From: the human T2T-CHM13v2.0 reference genome, Homo sapiens
Direction: 5' to 3' (one strand)
Assembly (NCBI RefSeq): GCF_009914755.1
Contig: NC_060947.1
DNA length: 64,000 nt
The translations under genes were made by a program, and so were the position numbers. Positions 1 through 21,390 of the stretch are shown here, piece after piece. The stretch's first letter is position 1. Each line of letters starts with the position of its first letter. The notes beneath the pieces are model-generated. The model saw only the letters and a list, made by a program, of their open reading frames with translations. It was not told where the DNA came from and did no database searches.

Positions 1-205
1 ATCCTATTCCTACACGGATTTCGTTCAGACGTCGTTGAACCTAAGCATAAAAATAGACGGTTTCCCCTGCATCTTTGGGTCTTCCCTCTGAAGGCTGCTG
101 TATGTATCCATCGAGTAAACTTTGTATGCCTTTTCTCCTATTCATCTGCTTTTGCAAGTTGATTTTTCAGCTTGCAAAATCAGAGGGAATGACCCTCCAT
201 CTGTT
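1..205 (+). mobile_element. 3' part of an ERV1 (MER4-group-like) LTR
   Basis: Contains 'tttgtatgccttttctcctattcatctgc', typical of ERV1 LTR R/U5 ends; subfamily not determined. Confidence 0.45.
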
Positions 206-350
206 CTCCTATCACACTGTCATCATTTCCACTGCGAAGAACATGGGGAAAACTGGCCAGACAACCAAAGGAAGGGCGTGCACATACATTTGCACATCTT
301 TTGGGAGAGCAACTTCACAACATGCAACTCAATCTTTAAAATCATAAATC

Positions 351-1024
<674 letters not shown>

Positions 1025-1042
1025 TTAAAAAAATAAACCTTG

Positions 1043-1443
<401 letters not shown>

Positions 1444-1454
1444 TCCTTTCAGGG

Positions 1455-2014
1455 GTTTGAAAGGGTTCTTGGATCTCGTGAGAAAGAACTCCGAGTGGGT
1501 CCATAGAGTAAAGTGAAAGCAAGTTTATTATGAAAGTAGAAGAATAAAGAATGTGTACTCCATAGATGGAGCATCCCGAGAGCTGCTGGTGGCCTATTTT
1601 TATGGTTATTTCTCTATCATATGCTAAACAACGGGTGGATTACTCATGAGTTTTCTGGGACAGGGGTGACCAATTCCCGGAGCTGAAGGTTCATCCCCCT
1701 TTTAGACCATGTCATGGCATCTGTAAACCGTCTCTTATCAGCTAATGCATTAGAATTAGCGTATCATGACCAGAGAGGATGACCAGAGGTCAGTCGTCAC
1801 CATCTTGGTTTCGGTGGGATTTGGCTGGCTTTACCACAACCTGGTTTATCAGCAGGGCCTTTGTGACCTGTGTCTTGTGCTGACCTCCTCTGTCATCCTG
1901 TGACTTAGAATGCCTCATCCACCTCCAGAGAAGGCAGCCCAAGCAGGTCTCAGCCTCATGTTACGCAGCCCCTATTCAAGATGGCAGAGTTGCTCTGGTT
2001 CTAATGCCTCTGAA
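1455..2014 (-). mobile_element. MER41 (MER41B-like) ERV1 solo LTR
   Basis: Minus strand starts TCAGAGGCATTAGAACCAGAGCAACTCTGCCATCTTGAATAGGGGCTG, matching the MER41 5' end; the tandem-GAS segment is retained. Confidence 0.8.
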
Positions 2015-2324
2015 AAATTTAGGGGATTGTTTTCTGAGCCCCAACACTGTGATCTTAGCAACTGAGCAATTTTCCCACCTTCATGTAACCAAAGACAGAG
2101 TGGATCACAGAGCTTGGAAAGCTCGTACCCGGGAAATCGCAGCCTGCAGCTGACATGTTCTGAGATGTGCCTTGCCGTTGTGCAAAAGGCATGTTTGAAT
2201 GCTTGCATGAGGACAAGTGACTCCCCCATTAACACCTCCAGGGGCTCAGTTCTGCCTCCAGCCACTGTCTCATCACGCAGCCATGGGTAGCAGAAAGCCA
2301 CATGCCAAAATCTGACATCGGGCC

Positions 2325-2905
2325 TGTAAAAAATAAAGGTTCCTGTTCAAAGACTTTCCTCCCCATCTAATTAGGAATAAATAGTAACTTCTCTGAGAAG
2401 CAAACTTCATTCAAAGACTTGTGCTAACATTCCTAAATATCTGCCAGCCGTGATAAAGAAATCAATGTACTTTATGCTCTTAGCTCCCACAATTTAACCT
2501 AAGTATCAGCCCTGGCATGCTTATACTGGTCCAAGCAAGCATTACGTCACAGCCTGTTCCTCTTCTTTATCTAAAAGTGCTTTTTCCTTTCTCAGCATTC
2601 CACAAGTTACTTCCTCCTTCCTTTGTTCTCCTCTGCCTTTGCCTCTTTTAAATAGTTCCAAGGTGCTGGCCAATCGGGACAAATACAGAATGTGAGGTCC
2701 CATTCCAGCCCTGGAAACTGGACACAGCAGTAGGGCGGACGCATCAAGTGATAAATGACCCTGTCCCCTTTGTTCGCTGTACTCTCCTGGCAAAACTGCT
2801 GGAGAGTGTACCCTTTCTGCAGAAAGTAAAAAAAATGGCCTTGCTGAGGAAATTAATGTTCAAGTGCTATTTCTTTATGGCACTGGGGAACAAGCATTTC
2901 AAACA
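2325..2905 (+). mobile_element. LTR10-family (LTR10C-like) ERV1 solo LTR
   Basis: TG...CA termini, about 580 bp, 'gttcaaagactttcctccccatctaattaggaataaatagtaac' 5' signature; near-matching 4-bp flanks ggcc/gacc. Confidence 0.7.
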
Positions 2906-3118
2906 GACCTGAGGTTTACCCGATTTCTGCTGGAAAAGAAACCTCAGGTCTGCTGCCTTAGAAATAAATAAGGGCAGGACAGAAAGGGTGACAAGGGGGT
3001 CCTTAGCCATGGAGACTTTGCAAAATAATGAACAATCAAAACATAACTTTTTGGGGGTTGGGGTGGGGTAGGAGGGGATTGGAAAGGCTGACTGCATAAT
3101 AAAGAGATTGGAAGAATT

Positions 3119-3417
3119 GGCTGGGTATGGTGGCTTATGTCTGTAATCCCAGCACTTTGGGATGCTGAGGTGGGTGGATCACCTGAGGCCAGGAGTTCGA
3201 GACTAGCCTGGCCAACATGGTGAAACCCCGTCTCTACTAAAAATACAAAAATTAGCAGGGCGTGGTGGCAGGTGCCTGTAATCCCAGCTACTCGGGAGGC
3301 TGAGGCAGGAGAATCCTTGAACCCGGGAGGTAGAGGTTGCAGTGAGCTGATACCACGCCATTGCACTCCAGCCTGGGTGACAAGAGCAAAACTCTGTCTC
3401 AAAAATAAATAAAAAGA
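3119..3417 (+). mobile_element. Alu (S-type)
   Basis: Full dimeric Alu; flanks aagagattggaagaatt / aagagactggaagaatt form the TSD. Confidence 0.95.
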
Positions 3418-4061
3418 AATCTAAGAGACTGGAAGAATTAAGACAGGGAAATTGAGTAGTTCAGAGCTGAAGTCCCATCTCTGATCCAAGATAAACTGTA
3501 AACCTCCAATTACTGTCAAGATATCTTTTTAAGGCAAACTTCTCCAATCTCCTCACCCCAGGGGAAGAGAAGAGTCCAGGAAACAGATAGTTATTAAGTG
3601 CAGAGAGGCAAAGACTGGCTTTCCTGCTGGCATGATCGTTTTTTAAATATCAGCTACAAGCATTCGGTTCTGAATCTCCAGCATTTGATTGATGGGTAAG
3701 AGGAATGGTTACTTGAAAAAGCAGAAAATGCATCATCCAAAGGCAGATTTTTCCAGAGTAAATGGAGGGGTTGGTTCTGTAATTATGGTTTTACACAGTA
3801 GCGTGGAGAAGAGAGAACTAAGATTGTTTAAAAATACGGTGTGGGGGCAGGCGAAAAGCCAATACATTTCTCTACAGGAGGTGAAGAAATGAATCCAAGA
3901 GGGGCACGTAGTTTCAGGAGAGATTCCCTGGGGTGGGGGTTAGGGATGAAGAAATATCCACCCCAGAAATGGGAAAGAATGAAAGCAAATACGTAGGAGG
4001 AAATGCCCATTAAGGTCTGTAAATGAAACCCTAAGGACTCTGACAAAAGTCGTTGGTATTA

Positions 4062-4715
4062 GGCCGGGAGTGGTGGCTCGCGCATGTAATCTGAGCACTT
4101 AGGGACACTAAGGCAGGCAGGTCGCTTGAGCCCAGGAGTTCAAGACCAGACTGGGGAGTATAGTAAGACCTTATCTCTACAAAAAATACAAAAAGTACCT
4201 GGGTGTGGTAAAGCACACCTGTAGTCCCAGCTAATTGTGAGGCTGAGGTGGGAGCAGATCATTTGAGCCTGGGAGGCGCACATGGCAGCAAGCCAAGATA
4301 GCGTCACTGCACGGCCTGGGAGGCAGATATGGCAGTGAGCCAAGATGGCGCCACTGCACGGCCTGGGAGGCGGACATGGCCTTGAGCCAAGATGGCGCCA
4401 CGGCACTCCAGCCTAGGAGGCGGACGTGGTCGTGAGCCAAGATGGCGCCACGGCACTGCAGCCTGGGAGGTGGACATGGCCTTGAGCCAAGATGGCGTGG
4501 CCGCTCTGCAGCCTGGGAGGCGGACATGGCCGTGAGCCAAGATGTCGCGGCCGCACTGCAGCCTGGGAGGTGGACATGGCAGTGAGCCAAGATGGCGCCA
4601 CCACACTCCAGCCTGGGAGGCGGACATGGCCGTGAGCCAATCAGCAAAGATGGCGCCACTGCACTCCAGTCTGGGTGAGACAGGGAGACTGCCAAAAAAC
4701 AAAATTAAACAAAAA
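4062..4715 (+). mobile_element. Old Alu (J-like) with internal tandem amplification of the right arm
   Basis: Left arm at 4062-4190, then eight 47-50 bp copies of a right-arm segment, then the Alu end and A-rich tail. Confidence 0.9.
4267..4670 (+). repeat. Alu-derived minisatellite, 47-50 bp x 8
   Basis: Unit gcctgggaggcggacatggccgtgagccaagatggcgccactgcactcca starting at 4267, 4314, 4361, 4411, 4461, 4511, 4561, 4611. Confidence 0.95.
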
Positions 4716-4886
4716 ATCATTCAATGAGCTTTCTTGTTGAATAAGAAACTGAACAAAAGCCACCTGCTACTAAATCTGGACCTTATAAAAGGGTATTTGA
4801 GTTCTCCATTTTTTGCTGATTAAAGCATTACTCTCTTCTTGTTATTAAAAATCGTGAAGACTGAACATACTTTTGAGTGTTTATAA

Positions 4887-5183
4887 GACCGGGCGCGGTG
4901 GCTCACGCCTGTAATCCCAGCACTTTGGGAGGCCGAGGCGGGCGGATCCCGAGGTCAGAATATCGAGACCATCCTGGCTAACAGGGTGAAACCCCGTCTC
5001 TAATAAAAATACAAAAAAATTAGCCGGGTGTGGTGGCAGACGCCTGTAGTCCCAGCTACTCGGGAGGTTGAGGCAGGAGAATGGCGTGAACCCAGAAGGC
5101 GGAGCTTGCAGTGAGCTGAGATCACACCCTGCACTCCAGCCTGGGCAACAAAGCAAGACTCTGTCTCAAAAAAAAAACAAAAA
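4887..5183 (+). mobile_element. AluY-like
   Basis: Diagnostic 'gagaccatcctggctaac' and 'gaatggcgtgaaccc'. Confidence 0.9.
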
Positions 5184-5675
5184 GAAAGGAGCCCTTTATA
5201 AGTTATTGTGATGGATACTGTAGGATGTAAACGTGTCATATCTCGGTCTCCCAACAGCCAGTCTCCGTAGGCGGTGTCCTTTTATATGGATCAACAGGCA
5301 GTTTTTGCATTGATTATTTATCCACTTTGAGAGGTACTTGTGTAGAAGCAAGGACAACTGAGTTTTTATGTTAACTTCCTACGAATCCGTTGCATTGCAA
5401 CGTATTTCCATTGCAGGACATTGTTGCATAATCAAATTGCCAATGCAATTAGGGAAACTCAATCGACTGCTCATAACCTAGTTGACTGGAGCTATTTTTC
5501 CAGTGCTCATTAAACCTGATGACAATCACTGTTTTAATGAGTAAGTATGGGTGGCATTCAATATATTTATAAGTATTATAACAATCCTTCATGTCTAAAT
5601 TGAATTTTCCCTTTGGCAGTACAAACAACTCCATTACATTCTTTCTAGGATATCTACGCTTAATATTCTTGATAA

Positions 5676-6298
<623 letters not shown>

Positions 6299-6736
6299 AA
6301 AGAGAGGTCTTTGACTTTTTCCGCTAAGAGAAAACAACCAAAACAACACAGGACATTGCAGGTATCTTGTGAATTCCAGCTGCATCCAAACACCCTGATA
6401 CTTTTGCTCATAGACACACAGTGAGTGTGTCAGCTGTCCGACATATCTCAGAACACAGGGGGAACATGTGAAACCTTGAGTGAAATCCGAATCGAGATGG
6501 GATACCACACTCAAAACACGTTACACAACTTAGTCTATACTGGATGATTTCACGGGATGTGAATTCATGGTTAGGAATAAAATAATGAAGAAGTCACCCA
6601 AAGTTACATAAGTTGAGAAACTCAAACCAAGACAGCCATGTTCACAGTGAGGCACGCCCATGCCTATAACAACTCCATGACTGAGGGACGTCAGAGTGAA
6701 ATAAAGAATTTCTTAAATAGGTAGAGAATCTATCAT

Positions 6737-7083
<347 letters not shown>

Positions 7084-7087
7084 TTAA

Positions 7088-7677
<590 letters not shown>

Positions 7678-8052
7678 TGAAATTTATTTCACCATGGGGA
7701 TGATTCGGTACAGCCAAGTTGAGGAGACATGTTCTCTCATGTGTAAAAACTCTTGGATTTTTGGAATATGTTACAACACTGTGATTTATTCCTTTACAAG
7801 AACGCTAATTTTCCAAGCCAGTAAATCAATCTTGGCAATTAACACTAATTACTGGCAATGATTATATCAGGCAAAAGCCAAGAACCACATCTTTCATCCA
7901 AAAAAAAAAAAGCAGTATATTTTAAATTCAAGTGGTTCTCATATTTTAGCATGCATCAGAATTCCCCAAAGACCTTCTCCTTGCCAACCCCTGTTCTCCA
8001 AACTTCGGGTTTAGGAGATCTGGAGGATGGTCTGAGAATGGGAGCATCTTCA

Positions 8053-8362
8053 TTTCTTTTTTCTTTTTCTTTTTTAAGACAGAATCTTGCTTTGCAGCCC
8101 AGGCTGGAGTGCAGTGGTGCGATCTTGGCTCACTGCAACCTCTGCCTTTCGAGTCCCAGTTGAAGCAATTATCCTGCCTCAGCCTTCCGAGCAGCAGGGA
8201 TTACAGGTGTGCACCCCCACGCCCAGCTAATTTTTGTATTTTTAGTAGAGATGGGGTTTCTCCATGTTGGCCAGGCTGGTCTTGAACTCCTGACCTTGTG
8301 ATCCACCTGCCTCGGCCTCCCGAAGTGCTGGGATGACAGGCGTGAGCCACCATGCCCGGCCC
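8053..8362 (-). mobile_element. Alu
   Basis: Reverse Alu consensus. Confidence 0.93.
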
Positions 8363-8642
8363 ACTCACCATATATTTACTGAACTTCAGTCATATGTGAC
8401 GCAGGGATGACACAAGAACAGAAAAATCAGGGAGATGGAGATGGAGCTAACCACGGAAGCTGAAGTTCGTCGGCCAGATGGCCCAATGCACAATAATTCG
8501 GGGAACACACATCCAGGCAACTGCACCTGACTGGGAATACCTGGCTGTCCTACCACCATCTGGTCATCTAGGGGCTCCTACAGTAATACAGAAGACGCCG
8601 GCTGAGGCGTGTTCTATTCTACCAAGGGGACCTGGGCGTATC

Positions 8643-9805
<1,163 letters not shown>

Positions 9806-10100
9806 AATGTTCTCTCCTTTAAGAGATCACTCCTAAGCTATGAACGATGAAAAAGGGGCCTATTTGGAAAGAGTCAGTGCCGTCAACGAAGAACAGTTTC
9901 CAGAAAGCTCAGAGGAGGCATCTGTTAACACTCTCTCATTATCCCCTGCAGAGGAATCATGGAGAAATGAAACATGGCTCAGGTGAATGCCTGTCATCAA
10001 TATTCATTTTACATAATCAAACTGGTGAAGCAAAAGAGGAGAACAGGAAAAGAAAAGCAGTGTAAGTTGAATTGTAAGTCTCGAAAAAATAGGGGGAAGT

Positions 10101-10517
<417 letters not shown>

Positions 10518-10639
10518 TTAAAATAAAAACAATACAATACAAATAAATAAACAAAAAATGTTAGAGCCGGCTCTGAGCTGGCTCTGGCTCTCAAGCCCTT
10601 TGACTTTGAAGTTCCTTGATCTGCTTTGCAATCTGTATT

Positions 10640-11995
<1,356 letters not shown>

Positions 11996-12001
11996 TCTTC
12001 A

Positions 12002-12898
<897 letters not shown>

Positions 12899-13414
12899 TC
12901 AACAGTATCAACCCCAAAGTGAGCTCTCAGAATAACAGACAGGCGGCCCTCCACCAGTGCTGTACGAGGAAGTGGTGTTCCTGTGTGTCTTTGGCGAGCG
13001 GTAATGCCTGCCAAGCAGCTCACATTCCCCAGGTTCCCCAACCCATGCCTTGCCTTGCTCAGTGAGTCGTGTCTGCAGCAAGTGCTGCTGGCTGTGCCAA
13101 GACTCCTCGTTCCCTCCTCCCTTCTCCCAGGCCCTCTCATACAGCAGGCTCCGTGTGTGGAGCCCCGAGTGGGCATCAGGGAAGGCTGGCCCCCACACAC
13201 CCAGCCCAGCCTCAGGCCTGGAGTTAGGGAAGCCAGTCATGGCAGGGCTGTTCTTGCCAGTGGGTCCAGGCAAACCCTTCAGCATGGAGCCCGAGGCAGG
13301 AGGCCTACACAATCCTGCAGTGAGCCCTGAGCTGAGAAGAAGCCTGAGAAACACGCATGTCTTCCTCTGGGTGCTGTCATGCATGGGTGTGAAAACAGGA
13401 AATGCCCCAGCCAG

Positions 13415-13700
13415 CATACACACGTCACCTGCGCACACTGGCACGCACATGACTCACCTGTGCACACGAGCACTCACGCACCTTATCTGTGCACACTGGC
13501 ACGCACCTCACCTGTGTACACAGGCATGCACATCTCATGTGTGCCCACGGGCACAAAGACCTCATCTGTGCCCACAGGTACACACAACTCACCTGTGCAT
13601 ATGGGCACGCATGCACCTCACCTGTGCATACTGGTACACACCTCACCTGTGCACATTGGCACACACATCTCAGCTGTACACACAGGCACGCACACATGCC
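13415..13700. repeat. Degenerate CA-rich minisatellite, about 25-30 bp units (cacctgtgcacactggcacgcacct)
   Basis: Repeated cacctgtgca core, about 10 copies. Confidence 0.8.
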
Positions 13701-14282
13701 CTTGCTTCCTCAGGGCACCATGAAGGAGAAGCAGCCCCTCCCGGCCACAGGCCCTGCTCTCCCTGCATTCCTCTCACCCGCCCTTCCCTGCACAGCCCGG
13801 TGCTTCCTCAGCTGCCCGGAGAAGATGAAGTCCTGGCCAGCCTCGCTCCTTCCCTCCCACAACCGGCAGGGTTCACACTTCATGCAGGATCCCATCGAGG
13901 CCGACTCCCTCATCCCACACCCTTCAGCAGAGAGGCTCACAGACACAGGAGCTCGATTCGACAAAACAGATGGGCCAAGGTATCCTAGGAGGCCCCCACG
14001 GCCCTCCCTTCGTTACATCCTGCCCCTCGCTGTGCAGGGAAATGCAAACTGTTAGGAGCTGGCAGGGCCTGTGCCCCTGGGCTCACCCTCCTCGTAGTCC
14101 TGAGGGTACTCCAGGGCCTGGGGGTGGGGAGGGCGCCCACCCTGCTGTACATTACAGAGGCTGGCCCCAAAGTCTGATGCTGGCACAGCCAAGCAGCCAG
14201 TTCTTTCCGAGTGTGGCATTAACGCTTTGTGATCTTAGGGCTGCAGAGAAATTCAAAGGCGAGTCCGACTGTGTGCTCTGAC

Positions 14283-14937
<655 letters not shown>

Positions 14938-15247
14938 GATTATTCCCACAGAGGAATCGTTTTTATCCTTAAGGCGGGGTTAGGAGGAATTCACAAGAGA
15001 GACCTGCTGATGGACAGACAGTACATTGCGTGTCGACAGGAGTCCACACCAATGCCACCTGCAGATGCAGTGCCTGACATTCCCATGGGGGCACAAGAGA
15101 AGGTTTAAATAGATCCGTTTTCCTTTTCTATGTCTCACCTCTGTGTTTCTTGTCCCTTCTAAAAAATAAAGTAACAATACCATCGCACATTGCTAAGTTG
15201 CCCAAGGACAGCAAATGGCTGGGGATGTACATATCCCACAACACAGC

Positions 15248-17826
15248 GCCAGGAGCACCTGTGCCCGGCAGATGCAGGCAGCACCATTTCCAGAGCACAT
15301 GTGCCCAGCAGATACAGGTAGCAGTGTGCCCAGAGCACCGCTACCCAGCAGAAGCAGGGAGCACCGTGCCCAGAGCACCTCTACCCAGCAGACTCAGGGA
15401 GCACCGTGCCCAGAGCACCTGTGTCCAGCAGACTCAGGGAGCACTGTGCCCAGAGCACCTCTACCCAGCAGATGCAGGGAGCACCATGCCCAGAGCACCT
15501 GTGTCCAGCAGACTCAGGGAGCACTGTGCCCAGAGCACCTGTGCTCAGCAGACGCAGAGAGCACCGTGCCCAGAGCACCTGTGTCCAGCAGACTCAGGGA
15601 GCACTGTGCCCAGAGCACCTGTGCTCAGCAGACGCAGAGAGCACAATGCCCAGAGCACCAGTGCCCACCAGATGCAGGGAGCACTGTTCCCAGAGGACCA
15701 TGCCCAGCAGATGCAGGGAGCATCGTGCCCAGAACATCTGTGCCCAGCAGATCCAGGGAGCACCATTTCCAGGGCACGTGTGCCCAGTAGACACAGAGAG
15801 CAGTGTGCCCAGAACACCTGTGCCCAGCAGACACAGGGAGTACCGTGCCCAGAGCACCTGTGCTCAGCAGACACAGGGAGCACCGTGCCCAGAGCACAAT
15901 GCTCAGGAGATGCAAGGAGCACCGTTCTCAGAGCACCCATGCCCAGCAGATGCAGGGAGCACTGTACGCAGAGCACTTGTGCCAAGCACACGCAGGGAGC
16001 ACTATGCCGGGCACCAATGTGCAGCAAATGCGGGGGCACTGTGCCCAGAGCACCCATGCCCAGCAGACTCCAGGGAGCACTGTAGCCAGAGCACCTGTGC
16101 CCAGCAGATGCAGGAAGCACCAGTGCTCAGCAGACGCAGGGAGCACTGTCCCCAGAGCACCAGTGTCCAGCAGACACAGGGAGCACTGTCCCCAGAGCAC
16201 CAGTATCCAGCAGACGCAGGGAGCACTGTCCCCAGAGCACCAGTGCTCAGCAGACGCAGGGAGCACTGTCCCCAGAGCACCAGTGTCCAGCAGACGCAGG
16301 GAGCACTGTCCCCAGAGCACCAGTGTCCAGCAGACGCAGGGAGCACTGTCCCCAGAGCACCAGTGCTCAGCAGACGCAGGGAGCACTGTCCCCAGAGCAC
16401 CAGTGCTCAGCAGACGCAGGGAGCACTGTCCCCAGAGCACCAGTGCTCAGCAGACGCAGGGAGCACTGTCCCCAGAGCACCAGTGCTCAGCAGACGCAGG
16501 GAGCACTGTCCCCAGAGCACCAGTGCTCAGCAGACGCAGGGAGCACTGTCCCCAGAGCACCAGTGCTCAGCAGACGCAGGGAGCACTGTCCCCAGAGCAC
16601 CAGTGTACAGCAGACGCAGGGAGCACTGTCCCCAGAGCACCAGTGTCCAGCAGACGCAGGGAGCACTGTCCCCAGAGCACCAGTGTCCAGCAGAAGCAGG
16701 GAGCACTGTCCCCAGAGCACCAGTGTCCAGCAGATGCAGGGAGCACTGTCCCCAGAGCACCAGTGCTCAGCAGATGCAGGGAGCACTGTCCCCAGAGCAC
16801 CAGTATACAGCAGACGCAGGGAGCACTGTACCCAGAGCACCAGTGCTCGGCAGACGCAGGGAGCAGTGTCCCCAGAGCACCAGTGTATAGCAGATGCAGG
16901 GAGCATTGTCCCCAGAGCACCAGTGCTTGGCAGACGCAGGGAGCACTGTCCCCAGAGCACCGGTGTCCAGCAGACGCAGGGAGCACTGTCCTCAGAGCAC
17001 CAGTGTACAGCAGACACAGGGAGCACCGTCCCCAGAGCACCAATGCTCGGCGGACACAGGGAGCACTGTCCCCAGAGCACCAGTGCTCGGCAGATGCAGG
17101 GAGCACTGTCCCCAGAGCACCAGTGTACAGCAGATGCAGGGAGCACTGTTCCCAGAGCACCAGTGCTCGGCAGACGCAGGAAGCACTGTTCCCAGAGCAC
17201 CAGTGTACAGCAGACGCAGGGAGCACTGTCCCCAGAGCACCAGTGCTCGGCAGACGCAGGGAGCACTGTACCCAGAGCACCAGTGTACGGCAGACACAGG
17301 GAGCACTGTACCCAGAGCACCAGTGTACAGCAGATGCAGGGAGCACTGTCCCCAGAGCACCAGTGCTTGGCAGACGCAGGGAGCACTGTCCCCAGAGCAC
17401 CGGTGTCCAGCAGACGCAGGGAGCACTGTCCTCAGAGCACCGGTGTACAGCAGACACAGGGAGCACCGTCCCCAGAGCACCAATGCTCGGCAGACACAGG
17501 GAGCACTGTCCCCAGAGCACCAGTGCTCGGCAGATGCAGGGAGCACTGTCCCCAGAGCACCAGTGTACAGCAGATGCAGGGAGCACTGTTCCCAGAGCAC
17601 CAGTGCTCGGCAGACGCAGGAAGCACTGTTCCCAGAGCACCAGTGCTCGGCAGACGCAGGGAGCACTGTCCCCAGAGCACCAGTGCTCAGCAGATGCAGG
17701 GAGCACTGTCCCCAGAGCACCAGTGTCCGGCAGATGCAGGGAGCACTGTCCCCAAAGCACCAGTGCTCGGCAGACGCAGGGAGCACTGTTCCCAGAGCAC
17801 CAGCGTCCAGCAGATGCAGGGAGCGC
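15248..17826. repeat. 40-bp GC-rich VNTR, about 64 copies, in DHRSX intron 5
   Basis: Unit cagacgcagggagcactgtccccagagcaccagtgctcag; near-perfect from ~16120 to 17826 and diverged over 15248-16110. Confidence 0.98.
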
Positions 17827-17906
17827 CACACCGCACAGACAGAGGGAGATGAATAACCTTTAACCCACCTGAGATGCTGTTATGATTATTCACAGGGTGC
17901 ACCTAC

Positions 17907-18114
17907 CTGCTCTGAAGGTCATCCATGTTCAGCTCAGCGACGTAATGGGTGGCAGAGGAGACGGTGACCACCCTCGCACTGTGGCCAGGGGACCCAGACT
18001 CTTTCAGCGTATCCAAGAGAAGGTTGGTCAGCAGGAAGTGCCCTAGGTAGTTCAGGCCGAAATGTTCTTCGAATCCATCTCTGGTTTTCCTCTGAGGGAC
18101 CATCATCACCCCAG
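17907..18114 (-). CDS. DHRSX: DHRSX coding exon 5 (208 nt), internal exon of polyprenol dehydrogenase/dolichal reductase (SDR family)
   Basis: Minus strand reads (A)[68 protein letters not shown](S), matching human DHRSX as I recall it. Acceptor ...tttgtccAG at 18116-18115; donor GTAGGT at 17906-17901. Phase 1 start joins exon 4. Confidence 0.97.
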
Positions 18115-18366
18115 CTGGACAAAAGAGAATATCAGAAGGAGTTAGACTGGGGAAGACAGTGGAGAAATCTCACAGATGGATTCCCCAGATGCGCAAATGG
18201 CCCAGGACATCGGAGGGTGGGGTGTAGAGCTGGCGGCCATGTCTTCCTCCTGGGCCTCTGTTTCCTGCTTTAGGTGTGATGGAGAAGATTCTAGAAGATC
18301 ACTGAAGTCCCTTCCTGCCTTCTGTCTCTGCACCTCTGTGCCTTGAGTTTAAAAATAATAACCACA

Positions 18367-19110
<744 letters not shown>

Positions 19111-19479
19111 CCCCAGAATTCTGGACAAGTATAGCTGCTATGGCACCCCCTCTTCACTGAGTATCCCACAAACAAACTGCTCAGATGTCCTTTGAGAAAT
19201 GCCGACCTCAGTATAAACATGGCCTGTCCTCACCCCTAGACCACAGGGCAGCCCTGTCGGTCATCATTCTATAGACATCATCATCACCGCAGGTTCTGTG
19301 CTTGACACGTTCTATCTACCAGACACAGAACAGCCCACCCCTGTCAGGCCAAGCCCGGCTGAGCGCCTGCCCTGAAGTCCTTGCTGTGGAGGCCTGATCT
19401 CAAAGGTGACTTGTCCTAGAAACACGCACGAACCATACTGCCTTGTACTTAGAGCAGACCAGTTTGCTTGGATATTAAT

Positions 19480-21390
<1,911 letters not shown>

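Noticed and set aside
13050-13988. 312-aa ORF
   Set aside because: GC-rich and partly minisatellite, no recognisable domain, overlapping ORFs in several frames
15248-17826. CRISPR-like array (palindromic ~40-bp repeats)
   Set aside because: Units are contiguous with no unique spacers, there are no cas genes, and the context is a primate intron
15150-17863. ORFs of 300-686 aa in several frames on both strands
   Set aside because: They arise from a stop-free 40-bp unit cycling through frames; no protein family, promoter or splice support
17960-17962. Codon Val181, which I recall as a DHRSX-CDG variant site (p.Val181Phe)
   Set aside because: The sequence has GTC (Val); no coding lesion is visible in either exon
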